From Nitrosopumilus sp. (GTDB taxonomy: Archaea > Thermoproteota > Nitrososphaeria > Nitrososphaerales > Nitrosopumilaceae), in the NCBI GenBank assembly GCA_965219345.1, contig OZ244732.1, forward strand, positions 192,001 through 256,000: a stretch of DNA of 64,000 nt, read 5' to 3'. The notes below the pieces were generated by a model. The model searched no databases. It saw only the letters and a list, made by a program, of their open reading frames with translations, and was not told the DNA's origin. This document shows, piece after piece, positions 1-9,660 of the stretch (position 1 is its first letter; the number at the start of each line of letters is the position of its first letter). The position numbers were made by a program, and so were the translations under genes.

Positions 1-3000
1 CAGGCCTGACGGGAATGTGTCTTGTGAACCTACTGAGAAAGAGTCGACAAAGGTAGCAGTGGACACGTCAAAGGCGGCGGTTAGTGTGTACTGGTGTACG
101 GCATCGTTATCGCTACTAATACCAGTACTCACTACAAACATCCTTGTTCCGTCATTAGAGAAGGCCATGCCGGTTGATTCCGAGTCTTGTAGATCTACTG
201 GGAAGGAGCTGAGAAGGGGCGGAAGAGGGATGTCATCTATGCTGCCCGTGTTTCTGGTGTATGCCAGGAGGATGACATCATTGCTGTCAAGCGTATCGTC
301 AAGGGCAAGGGCTACCGTGTTGTTTGTAACAGCGGTGATTCCGGTCACGGCCGGGTCTGTGGATATGGTGCTGGACAGCGCAAAGTCTTCCGGTGCCGCA
401 CCGTTTATTGTGACGTTTTCGGACAGCACGATGTTAATTGTTGATGTGCTGGCAGTTGCAATGGAGGACACGGTTGGAGGCGCGTCATCGGTTGTGCCGG
501 TAAAGGTCTGGTCTGCTGCCGGGTTTGATTCCGCGTCAACCACGGTGCCAGGTGGAGCGATGTAAGTTATAACTGGAGCATCGGATGTTGTGATGCCGGA
601 GACGGTAAGGGTTATGGTGTTGTCCGTACCGGCGGGATTGGTGTTTGCCGTCACCGTTCCGGTGGAGAGGGTGAATCCTTCGCCGTTTGTGGTTGTGACG
701 TCTATGTCCTCGCTGTACGTCAGGAGTATCTCGGTAGCCGAGGTCACGGCGGCCGCGATGATTTCCGGTGGAACGGTATCATCTATTGGGGGATCAGTGC
801 CATCCGGTGGTGGCGATGGCGATGCAATGTTGTTTGTAACTGTAGTTGCCGCAAAGCTGGCAAGCGAGTTTGGCTGTGAGAATAGCATAAACGGCTCGGG
901 CAGCGCGTACCGGTATACGGCATTGCTGTCACTGCCTGCGACAAACATCTGCATTCCGTCACCGGAGAAGGTCAGGCCTGCCGGGGATGAGTCATGTGAT
1001 TCCACAGAGAAGGAGCCGACAAAGTCGGCATCGGATACGTCAAAGGCGGTGTCCAGCGCGTACTCGTTTATGTCATTGCCGTCATCGCCCGTGACAAACA
1101 TCTGCATTCCGTTGGCAGAGAAGGCCAGGCCGGTCGGGTTTCTGTCCTGTCGGACTACCGGGAAGGAGGTGTCGTCAAAGCTGGCAGACGATACGTCAAA
1201 GGGGGCGGTTAATGCGTACTGGTATACGGCACTGTTGCCAATGCCTGCGACAAACATCCTGGTTCCGTCAGCAGAGAAGGCCAGGTCCCGCGGATTTATG
1301 TCCTGTGAGGATATCGAGAAGGAGGTGACAAAGGAGACATCCGATGTGCCGGCGACATTGGATATGTCAAAGGCGGCGGATAATGCGTACTGGTGTACGT
1401 TACCGCCGCCGGCACTGCCCAGAACAAACATCTTTGTTCCGGTGGCAGAGAAGGTCAGGCCCCGCGGATTTATGTCCTGTGAGGACACGGAGAAGGAGGT
1501 GACAAAGGTGGCAGTCGATACGTCAAAGGGGGGAGTTAATGCGTACTGGTATACGGCATTGTCAGAGAGATCTACGACAAACATCCTGGTTCCGTCAGTA
1601 GAGAAGGCCAGGCCTATTGGGGATGAGTCTTGTAAGTCTATCGGGAAGGAGCCGGCAAGGTGGGCGGCAGGACCGTCACCTATGCTGCCCGTGGTTCTGG
1701 TGTATGCCAGGAGGATGTCATCGTCATGATCAAGCGTGCCGTCAAGGGAAAGGGTGACCGTGTCGGCAGCTGCGGCGGCAACCGTGATTCCGGTCACGAC
1801 CGGATCTGCGGTTATGTTACCAGACAGCACAAAGTCTCCGGGTGCCGCACCGTTTATTGTAACGTCTTCGGACAGTATGATGTCAATTGCACTTGTCGAT
1901 GTGCCGGAAGTTGCAATGGAGGACACGGTTGGGGGGGCGTCATCGGTTGTGCCGGCAAAGGTCTGGTCTGCCGCCGGGTTTGATGCGGTGTCTGTCACGG
2001 TGCCGTCGGATGCGGTATAGGTTATATCCGGAGTATCGGATGTGTCGGTAATGCCGGAGATCGTAAGGGTTATGGTATTGTCCGTACCGGCGGGATCGGT
2101 GTTTGCCGTTACCGTTCCTCCGGTGGTGGAAAGGGCGAATCCCATGCCGTTTGTGGTGCTGACATCTATGTTCTCGCTGTACGTCAGGGTTATGCTGGCA
2201 GCCGAGGTCACGGCAGCCGCGGTGATTGCTGGCGGAATAGTGTCCGGCGGAATGTTGTTTGTAACCATAGTTGCCGCAAAGCTGGCAAGGGAGGCCGACT
2301 GTGAGAACAGCTTGAACGGTTCGGACAGGGCGTACCCGTGTACGGCATCACTGGCATTGCCGGCATCGCTCACTACAAACATCCTGGATCCGTCATCGGA
2401 GAAGGTTAGGCCCCTAGGTGATGTGCCCTGGAAACCTAGCTGGAAGGAGCCGGCATGGGAGGCAGTCGATATGTCAAATGGGGCGGTTAGTGCGTACCGG
2501 TATACGGCATTGCTGTTACCACCCACTACAAACATCCCGTATCCGTCATTGGAGAAGGTTAGGCCTATCGGGAAGTCGTCCTGTGATTCCACCGAAAAAG
2601 AGATTAAACTGGAGGAGGCAGCAGAGGCAGTCGATATGTCAAAGGCGGTGTCCAGCGCGTACTGGTGTACGGCATCGTTGTCACTGCCCGTGACAAACAG
2701 CCTGGTACCGTCATTGGAGAAGGCCAGGTCCTGTGGCTCTGCGTCTTTTGAGACTATTGGGAGAGAATCAACAAAGGTGGCATCGGATATGTCAAAGGGG
2801 GCGGTTAGCGCGTACTCGTTTATGTCCTGATCAAAGGAACCTACGACAAACATCATGGTACCGTCGTTGGAGAATGTCAGGCCGTGTGGGGTCAGATCCT
2901 CGGAGGCCACCGAGAGGGAGCTGTCAAAGGTGGCAGTGGATACGTCAAAGGGGGCGGTTAGCGCGTATTCGCTTATGGCGCTGTTATGGACACCCGAAAC

Positions 3001-6000
3001 AAACATCCTCATACCGTCATTGGAGAAGGCTATGCCAAACGGCATTATGTCCTGTGATGCCACCGGGAGGGAGCTGTCAAAGGTGGCGAAAGGACCTTCG
3101 TCTATGCTGCCCGTGGTTCTGGTGTATGCCAGGAGGATGTCATCGTCATGATCAAGCGTGTCGTCAAGGGAAAGGGTGACCGTGTTGGCAACGGCGGTGA
3201 TTCCGGTTACGACCGGGTCTGCGGTTATGTTACCAGACAGCACAAAGTCTTCCGGTGCCGCACCGTTTATTGTGACGTTTTTGGACAGCACGATATCAAT
3301 TGTTGATATGCCGGCAGTGCCAATGGAGGACACGGTTGGGGGGGCGTCATCGGTTGTGCCGGTAAAGGTCTGGTTTGCTGCAGGGTTTGACGCGGTGTCT
3401 GTCACGGTGCCAGGTGGAGCGGTATAGGTTATGGCCGGAGCATCGGATGTGTCGGTAATGTCGGAGACGGTAAGGGTTATGGTGTTGTCCGTACCGGCGG
3501 GATCGGTGTTTGCCGATACCGTTCCTCCGGTGGTGGAAAGGGAGAATCCCGTGCCGTTTGTGGTGCTGACGTCTATGTTCTCGCTGTACGTCAGGAGTAT
3601 CTCGGTAGCCGAGGTCACGGCGGCCGCGGTGATTGTTGGCGGGGTGTCATCCGGCAGCGGGGTGGTGCCGGTAAAGGTCTGGTTTGCTGCAGGGTTTGAC
3701 GCGGTGTCTGTCACGGTGCCAGGTGGAGCGGTATAGGTTATGGCCGGAGCATCGGATGTGTCGGTAATGCCGGAGATCGTAAGGGTTATGGTGTTGTCCG
3801 TACCGGCGGGATCGGTGTTTGCCGATACCGTTCCTCCGGTGGTGGAAAGGGAGAATCCCTGGCCGTCTGTGGTTGTGACGTCTATGTTCTCGCTGTACGT
3901 CAGGAGTATCTCGGTAGCCGAGGTCACGGCGGCCGCGGTGATTGCTGGCGGGGTGGTGTCCGGAATGTCGTTTGTAACTGAAATTGCCGCAAAGCTGGCA
4001 AGCGAGTCTGGCTGTGGGGATAGCGTAAATGGATCCGATAGCGCGTACTGGTATACGGAATCATTGCCATTACCCACTACAAATATCCTTGTTCCGTCAG
4101 CAGAGAAGGCCAGGTCGGTCTGTTCCGAGTCCTGTGAATCTATCGGGAAGGATCTGTCAAAGCGGGCAATGGATACGTCAAAGGGGGCGGACAGTATGTA
4201 CTCGTTTATGTCATTACCCACTACAAACATCCTGGTTCCGTCATCGGAGAAGGCCAGGCCAAATGGGAATTTCTCCTGTGAAGACACGGAGAAGGAGGTG
4301 ACAAAGGAGACATCCGATGTGCCGGTGACATTCGATACGTCAAAGGGGGTGGACAGCGCGTACTGGTATACGGCATTGTTGCCATCACCCACAACAAACA
4401 TCTTTGTTCCGTTGGCAGAAAAGGCCAGGCCCCGCACGGAATTGTCCTGCGAGGATACCGAGAAGGAGTCGGCATGGGAGGCAGTGGATACGTCAAAGGG
4501 GGCGGTTAGCGCGTACTCGTTTATGTCATTGCCGTCATCACCCGAAACAAACATCTTTGTTCCGTTGGCAGAGAAGGCCAGGCCCCGCGGATCTTCGTCC
4601 TGTGATTCCACGGAGAACGACTTGCTACTGTAGCTGGCAGAAGATACGTCAAACGGTTCAGTCAGCGCGTACTGGTATACCCTATCTTTTTGACTGCCTG
4701 TGACGAACATCTTTGTTCCGTCGTTGGAGAAGGCCAGGCCTACCGGGGTCCTGTCCTGTGAATCTACTGGGAAGGAGCCGGCAAAGGGCGGAAGAGGAAT
4801 GTAATCTATGCTGCCCGTGGTCTTGTCGTATGCCAGGCTGATGACATCATCATGATCAAGCGTATCGTCAAGGGAAAGGGTGACCGTGTTGGCAATGGCG
4901 GCGATTCCGGTCACGGTTGGGTCTGTGGATATGTCGCCGGACAGCGCAAAGTCTCCGGGTGCCGCGCCGTTTATTGTGACGTCTTCGGACAGCGTGACGT
5001 GAATTGTTGATGTGCCGGCAGTTGCAGCGGAGGACACGGTCAGCGTCGTACCGCCGGTCGTATCGATAAAGGTCTGGTCTGGTGCCGGGTTTGATTCATT
5101 GTCCGTCACGGTGCCGTCGGATGCGGTATAGGTCACATCCGGCGTATCGGAGCCGGCGGCGATGCCGGAGACGGTAAGGGTTATGGTGTTGTCCGAACCG
5201 GCGGGATCGGAGTTTGCCGTCACGTTCCCGACGGAGAGGGAGAATCCGGTGCCGTCTGTGGCGTTGACGTCTATGTTCTCGTCATACGTCAGGACTATCT
5301 CGGTAGCCGAGGTCAGGGAGGATGCAATGATTGTAAACGGTGAAATGTTGTTTTTGACCGGGGTTGCCGCAAAGCTGGCAAGCGAGTTTGGCTGTAGGAA
5401 TAAAGTAAACGGTTCGGATACCGAGTATTCGTATACGGCATCGTTGTCATCGCCCGTGACAAACATCCTGGTACCGTCACCGGAGAAGGCCAGGCCCGAT
5501 GGCGCGCCGTCCTGTGATTCCACGGAGAAGGAGTCGGCATGGGAGGCAGTGGATACGTCAAAGGGGGCGGATAGTGTGTACTCGTGAACCGAGTCACTGC
5601 TGGAACCCACTACAAACATCTTGGATCCGTCAGCAGAGAAGGCCACGTCCCGCGGGTCTGAGTCTTGGAGGGATACCGTGAAGGAGATGTCGTCATAGCT
5701 GGCAGTGGATACGTCAAAGGGGGCGGCTAGTGTGTACTGGTATACGTCACCGCCGTTAAAACCCGTTACAAACATCTTGGATCCGTCGGCAGAGAAGGTC
5801 AGGCCCTGCGGGGATGATTCCTGTAATTCCACGGAGAAGGAGGTGACATTGGAGACATCCGATGTGCCAGCGACATTGGATATGTCAAAGGCGGCGGATA
5901 ATGCGTACTCGTTTATGTCATTGTCTCCGTCACCCAGGACAAACATCTTGGTTCCGTCGTTGGAGAAGGCCACGTCCCGCGGGGCTGATTCCTGATCTGT

Positions 6001-9000
6001 CACTGAGAACGCTATGTTGTCATAGCTGGCAGTCGACAAGTCAAAGGGAGCAGTCAACGTGTGCTGGTGTACGACACCGCCTCCGCTGCCCAAGACAAAC
6101 ATCCTTGTTCCGTCAGCGGATAAGGCCAGGCCCTGCGGGGTCGAGTCCTGCGAGGATACCGAGAAGGAGATGTCAAAGGACGGAGGGACGGGAATGTCAT
6201 CTATGCTGCCCGTGGTCTTGTCGTATGCCAGGTTAATGACATCATTGCCATCAAGCATATCGTCAAGGGAAAGGGTGACCGTGTTGGCGTCGGCCGTGAT
6301 TCCAGTTACAGCCGGATCCGTGGATATGGTGCCGGACAGCGCAAAGTCTTCCGGTGCCGCGCCGTTTATTGTGACGTCTTTGGACAGCACGATATCAATT
6401 GTTGATATGCCGGCAGTGCCAATGGAGGACACGGTCGGAGCTGTACTGTCGGTCGTATCGGTAAATGTCTGGTTCGCTGCCTGGTTTGATGCGCTGTCTG
6501 CTACGGAGCCGTCGGATGCGGTGTAAATCACGTTTGGAGCATCGGATATGGTGATGCCGGAGACGGTAAGCGTTATGGTGTTGCCCGAACCTGCGGGATC
6601 GGTGTTTGCCGTCACTTGCCCGTCAGAGAGGGTGAATCCCTGGCCGTCCGTGGTTGTGACGTCTATGTTCTCGCTGTACGTCAGGACTATCTCGGTAAGG
6701 GAGGTCACGGCAGCTGCGGTAATTGTTGGCGGGGTCGTATCTGGTGGTGCAATGTTGTTTTCGACCAAGGTTGCCGCAAAGCTGGCAAGCGAGTTTGGCT
6801 GTGGGAACAACGTAAATGGATCCGACAGCGCGTACTCGCGTACGGCACTGTTCGTATTATCTAGAAGAAACATCCTGGTACCGTCACCAGAGAAGGCTAG
6901 GCCTGTCTGGAATACGTTTGGTGAGCCTACTGGGAAAGAGCCGACAGAGGAGGCAGTGGATACGTCAAAGGGGGCGGATAATGCGTACTGGTATGCGATG
7001 TTATCATTATCTATAACAAACATCCTGGTACCGTCACCAGAGAAGGCCAGGCCTATCGGGAATGTGTCTAAGCCTATTAGGAAAGAGTCGACAAAGGTGG
7101 CGGTGGATATGTCAAAGGGGGTGGTTAGTGTGTACTGGTATACGGCATCGTTGTTACGGCCTGTGACAAACATCCTGGTACCGTCACCAGAGAAGGCCAG
7201 GTCTATCGGGAATGTATCCTGTGATGATGGTGGGAAAGAGCCGACAAAGGTGACAGTGGATATGTCAAAGGGGGCGGATAATGCGTACTGGTGTATGTTA
7301 CCATCGCCAGAACTACCCGTAACAAACATCTTTGTTCCGTCAGCAGAGAAGGCCAAACCTCGTGGTACTGTCTCTTCCGTTGCCACTGAGAAAGAGGTGA
7401 CAGGGGAGGAGGCAGTGGATACGTCAAAGGGGGCGGCTAATGCGTACTGGTATACGGTATCGTTGTTACCACTCAAAATAAACATCCTATATCCGTCAGC
7501 AGAGAAGGCCAGGTCCCGTGGGGGGCTGTTTTGTGGCTGCTGTGAGAAAGAGCCGACAAAGGACAGAGGGGCAGGACCGTCACCTATGCTGCCCATGGTT
7601 TTGGTGTATGCCAGGTTAATGACATCATCATGATCAAGCGTGCCGTCAAGGGAAAGGGTGACCGTGTCTGCAATGACTGCGATTCCGGTCACGGCCGGGT
7701 CTGGGGATATGGTGCCAGACAGCACAAAGTCTTCTGGTGCCGCGGAGTTGTATGCGACGTTCTCGGACAGCACGATGTCAATTGCCGACGTGCCGGCAGT
7801 TGCAATGGAGGACACGGTTGGCGGCGCGTCATCGGTTGTGCGGTCAAAGATCTGGTCTGCTGCCGGGTTTGATGCGGCATCTGTCACGGTGCCAAGTGAT
7901 TCGGCATAGGTTATGACCGGAGTATCGGATGTGTTGGTGATGCCGGAGACGGTAAGTGTTATGGTGTCGTCCGAACCTCCGGGATCGGTGTTTGCCGTCA
8001 CTTGCCCGACGGAGAGGGTGAATCCTGCGCCGTCCGTGCTGTCGGCGTCTATGTTCTCGCTGTATGTCAGGGTTATGTTGGTAGCCGAGGTCACAGAAGC
8101 TGCGGTGATTGTTGGCGGGGTCGTATCTGGTGGAATGTTGTTTTCGACCGAGAATGCCGCAAAGCTGGCAAGCGAGTTTGGCTGTGGGAACAACGTAAAT
8201 GGCTTTGGCAGCGCGTACTCGTTTATGTTATCGTTATCATCACCCACTACAAACATCCTTGCTCCGTCAGCAGAGAAGGCCAGGCCCCGCGTGGTGCCAT
8301 CCTGTGAACGTACTGAGAAGGAGTCGACAAAGGCGGCAGTGCCTACGTCAAAGGGGGCAGTCAGCGCGTACTGGTATACTTTATCGCCACCAGAACCCGC
8401 AACAAACATCCTGGTACCGTCGGCAGAGAAGGCCAGGCCAATTAGGAGTGGGTCTTGTGAAGCCGCTGAGAAAAAGGAGCTAGAGACGGCAGTGGATACG
8501 TCAAAGGGGGCGGATAACGTGTACTGGTATACGGAACTGTCAGCGATACTCAGGACAAACATCTTTGTTCCGTCGTTGGAGAAGGCCAGGCCCCGCGGGG
8601 ATGTCGTTTCTGTTGACACTAGGAAGGAGCTGTCAGAGGTGACATTGGATACGTCAAAGGGGGCGGCTAGTGTGTACTGGTATACTTTATTGTTGTCATC
8701 ACCCACGACAAACATCCTGGTACCGTCGGCAGAGAAGGCCAGGCCTATCGGGGTTTCGTCCTCATCTGCCACCGAGAAAGAGTCGACAAAGGTGACATTA
8801 GATATGTCAAATGGGGCGGATAATGCGTACTCGTTTACGTCATCGCCGTCATCACCCGTAACAAACATCCTGGTACCGTTGTTGGAGAAGGCCAGATCTT
8901 GCGGGAACGATTCTTGTGAGGACACGGAGAAAGAGTCGACAAAGGATGGACGAATAATGTCATCTATGCTGCCCGTGGTTTTGGTGTATGTCAGGTTAAT

Positions 9001-9576
9001 GTCATCATCATGATCAAGCGTGTTGTCAAGGGAAAGGGTGACCGTGTCTGCAATGACTGCGATTCCGGTCACGGCCGGGTTTGTGGATATGTCGCCGGAC
9101 AGCACAAAGTCTTCGGGTGCCGTGGAGTTGTATGCGACGTTCTCGGACAGCACGATGTCAATTGTTGACGTGCCGGCAGTGCCAACAGAGGACACGGTTG
9201 GTGGCGCGTCATCGGTTGTACCGGTAAAGGTCTGGTTTGCTGCCAGGTTGAACCCCGTACCTAACAAAGAGTCAGGTGAAGAGGTGTAGATTATATCCGG
9301 CCTGTCGGATGTTGTGATGCCGGAGACGGTAAGCGTTATGGTGTCTGCCGAACCTCCGGGATCGGTGTTTGCCGACACTTGTCCGACGGAGAGGGCGAAT
9401 CCTGCGCCGTCCATGCTGTTGGCGTCTATGTTCTCGCTGTACGTCAGGACTATCTCGGTAGCCGAGGTTACAGAAGCTGCGATGATTGTCGGGTGCTCCG
9501 CCGCATGTGCCGGAACAATGGACAAAGAGGCCAACATCAGCGTGGAAATTAAAATAACAAAGGAAATTCTCTCCAT
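1..9576 (-). CDS. Giant secreted surface protein (>3192 aa, 3' end beyond window); repeated Ig/SwmB-like domains with inserted 5-repeat beta-propellers
   Basis: Hand translation from ATG 9576 gives MERISFVILISTLMLASLSIVPAHA|AEHPTII..., a signal peptide with an AxA site. The same frame at 1-100 reads AVHQYTLTAAFDVSTATFVDSFSVGSQDTFPSGL. The main series of + strand shadow ORFs shares one frame and the track reports no minus ORF in this frame, consistent with no stop or frameshift. Repeats FDVS-x-F-x-SFS-x-P-x-GLAFS-x-DGTRMFV-x-G. Confidence 0.9.
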   Translation of the reverse strand, partial: MERISFVILISTLMLASLSIVPAHAAEHPTIIAASVTSATEIVLTYSENIDANSMDGAGFALSVGQVSANTDPGGSADTITLTVSGITTSDRPDIIYTSSPDSLLGTGFNLAANQTFTGTTDDAPPTVSSVGTAGTSTIDIVLSENVAYNSTAPEDFVLSGDISTNPAVTGIAVIADTVTLSLDNTLDHDDDINLTYTKTTGSIDDIIRPSFVDSFSVSSQESFPQDLAFSNNGTRMFVTGDDGDDVNEYALSAPFDISNVTFVDSFSVADEDETPIGLAFSADGTRMFVVGDDNNKVYQYTLAAPFDVSNVTSDSSFLVSTETTSPRGLAFSNDGTKMFVLSIADSSVYQYTLSAPFDVSTAVSSSFFSAASQDPLLIGLAFSADGTRMFVAGSGGDKVYQYALTAPFDVGTAAFVDSFSVRSQDGTTRGLAFSADGARMFVVGDDNDNINEYALPKPFTLFPQPNSLASFAAFSVENNIPPDTTPPTITAASVTSATNITLTYSENIDADSTDGAGFTLSVGQVTANTDPGGSDDTITLTVSGITNTSDTPVITYAESLGTVTDAASNPAADQIFDRTTDDAPPTVSSIATAGTSAIDIVLSENVAYNSAAPEDFVLSGTISPDPAVTGIAVIADTVTLSLDGTLDHDDVINLAYTKTMGSIGDGPAPLSFVGSFSQQPQNSPPRDLAFSADGYRMFILSGNNDTVYQYALAAPFDVSTASSPVTSFSVATEETVPRGLAFSADGTKMFVTGSSGDGNIHQYALSAPFDISTVTFVGSFPPSSQDTFPIDLAFSGDGTRMFVTGRNNDAVYQYTLTTPFDISTATFVDSFLIGLDTFPIGLAFSGDGTRMFVIDNDNIAYQYALSAPFDVSTASSVGSFPVGSPNVFQTGLAFSGDGTRMFLLDNTNSAVREYALSDPFTLFPQPNSLASFAATLVENNIAPPDTTPPTITAAAVTSLTEIVLTYSENIDVTTTDGQGFTLSDGQVTANTDPAGSGNTITLTVSGITISDAPNVIYTASDGSVADSASNQAANQTFTDTTDSTAPTVSSIGTAGISTIDIVLSKDVTINGAAPEDFALSGTISTDPAVTGITADANTVTLSLDDMLDGNDVINLAYDKTTGSIDDIPVPPSFDISFSVSSQDSTPQGLALSADGTRMFVLGSGGGVVHQHTLTAPFDLSTASYDNIAFSVTDQESAPRDVAFSNDGTKMFVLGDGDNDINEYALSAAFDISNVAGTSDVSNVTSFSVELQESSPQGLTFSADGSKMFVTGFNGGDVYQYTLAAPFDVSTASYDDISFTVSLQDSDPRDVAFSADGSKMFVVGSSSDSVHEYTLSAPFDVSTASHADSFSVESQDGAPSGLAFSGDGTRMFVTGDDNDAVYEYSVSEPFTLFLQPNSLASFAATPVKNNISPFTIIASSLTSATEIVLTYDENIDVNATDGTGFSLSVGNVTANSDPAGSDNTITLTVSGIAAGSDTPDVTYTASDGTVTDNESNPAPDQTFIDTTGGTTLTVSSAATAGTSTIHVTLSEDVTINGAAPGDFALSGDISTDPTVTGIAAIANTVTLSLDDTLDHDDVISLAYDKTTGSIDYIPLPPFAGSFPVDSQDRTPVGLAFSNDGTKMFVTGSQKDRVYQYALTEPFDVSSASYSSKSFSVESQDEDPRGLAFSANGTKMFVSGDDGNDINEYALTAPFDVSTASHADSFSVSSQDNSVRGLAFSANGTKMFVVGDGNNAVYQYALSTPFDVSNVTGTSDVSFVTSFSVSSQEKFPFGLAFSDDGTRMFVVGNDINEYILSAPFDVSIARFDRSFPIDSQDSEQTDLAFSADGTRIFVVGNGNDSVYQYALSDPFTLSPQPDSLASFAAISVTNDIPDTTPPAITAAAVTSATEILLTYSENIDVTTTDGQGFSLSTTGGTVSANTDPAGTDNTITLTISGITDTSDAPAITYTAPPGTVTDTASNPAANQTFTGTTPLPDDTPPTITAAAVTSATEILLTYSENIDVSTTNGTGFSLSTTGGTVSANTDPAGTDNTITLTVSDITDTSDAPAITYTAPPGTVTDTASNPAANQTFTGTTDDAPPTVSSIGTAGISTIDIVLSKNVTINGAAPEDFVLSGNITADPVVTGITAVANTVTLSLDDTLDHDDDILLAYTRTTGSIDEGPFATFDSSLPVASQDIMPFGIAFSNDGMRMFVSGVHNSAISEYALTAPFDVSTATFDSSLSVASEDLTPHGLTFSNDGTMMFVVGSFDQDINEYALTAPFDISDATFVDSLPIVSKDAEPQDLAFSNDGTRLFVTGSDNDAVHQYALDTAFDISTASAASSSLISFSVESQDDFPIGLTFSNDGYGMFVVGGNSNAVYRYALTAPFDISTASHAGSFQLGFQGTSPRGLTFSDDGSRMFVVSDAGNASDAVHGYALSEPFKLFSQSASLASFAATMVTNNIPPDTIPPAITAAAVTSAASITLTYSENIDVSTTNGMGFALSTTGGTVTANTDPAGTDNTITLTISGITDTSDTPDITYTASDGTVTDTASNPAADQTFAGTTDDAPPTVSSIATSGTSTSAIDIILSEDVTINGAAPGDFVLSGNITADPVVTGITVAAAAADTVTLSLDGTLDHDDDILLAYTRTTGSIGDGPAAHLAGSFPIDLQDSSPIGLAFSTDGTRMFVVDLSDNAVYQYALTPPFDVSTATFVTSFSVSSQDINPRGLTFSATGTKMFVLGSAGGGNVHQYALSAAFDISNVAGTSDVSFVTSFSISSQDINPRDLAFSADGTRMFVAGIGNSAVYQYALTAPFDVSSASFDDTSFPVVRQDRNPTGLAFSANGMQMFVTGDDGNDINEYALDTAFDVSDADFVGSFSVESHDSSPAGLTFSGDGMQMFVAGSDSNAVYRYALPEPFMLFSQPNSLASFAATTVTNNIASPSPPPDGTDPPIDDTVPPEIIAAAVTSATEILLTYSEDIDVTTTNGEGFTLSTGTVTANTNPAGTDNTITLTVSGITTSDAPVITYIAPPGTVVDAESNPAADQTFTGTTDDAPPTVSSIATASTSTINIVLSENVTINGAAPEDFALSSTISTDPAVTGITAVTNNTVALALDDTLDSNDVILLAYTRNTGSIDDIPLPPLLSSFPVDLQDSESTGMAFSNDGTRMFVVSTGISSDNDAVHQYTLTAAFDVSTATFVDSFSVGSQDTFPSGL
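3356..3954. repeat. Near-identical 309-bp tandem duplication of one Ig-like domain within the giant gene
   Basis: 3356-~3645 and 3665-~3954 are nearly identical; shadow ORFs at 3431 and 3740 are 309 bp apart. Confidence 0.85.
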
Positions 9577-9587
9577 CTCTTTATTTT

Positions 9588-9608
9588 CACACACACACCC
9601 CCCCCCCC
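9588..9608 (-). repeat. G11 homopolymer + (TG)5 microsatellite just upstream of the giant gene ATG
   Basis: + strand (CA)5 at 9588-9597 followed by C11 at 9598-9608. Confidence 0.9.
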
Positions 9609-9650
9609 GTTATTCTGTTGATGCTCACAAAAAATGGTAGTTAATGCTCA

Positions 9651-9660
9651 TATATATAAA
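9651..9660 (-). promoter_or_regulatory. Putative TATA box of the giant gene
   Basis: TTTATATATA on the minus strand, ~30 nt upstream of GTG 9628; ATGCTCA direct repeat at 9621 and 9644. Confidence 0.5.

Noticed and set aside
900-8960. ~150-bp periodic repeats as a CRISPR array or DGR
   Set aside because: The repeats are in-frame coding propeller blades. There is no RT or template repeat and no adenine-specific pattern was established.
17-9640. The many + strand ORFs (S/V/T/P-rich) and short minus-strand off-frame ORFs
   Set aside because: They are antisense or off-frame shadows of the single giant minus-strand gene.
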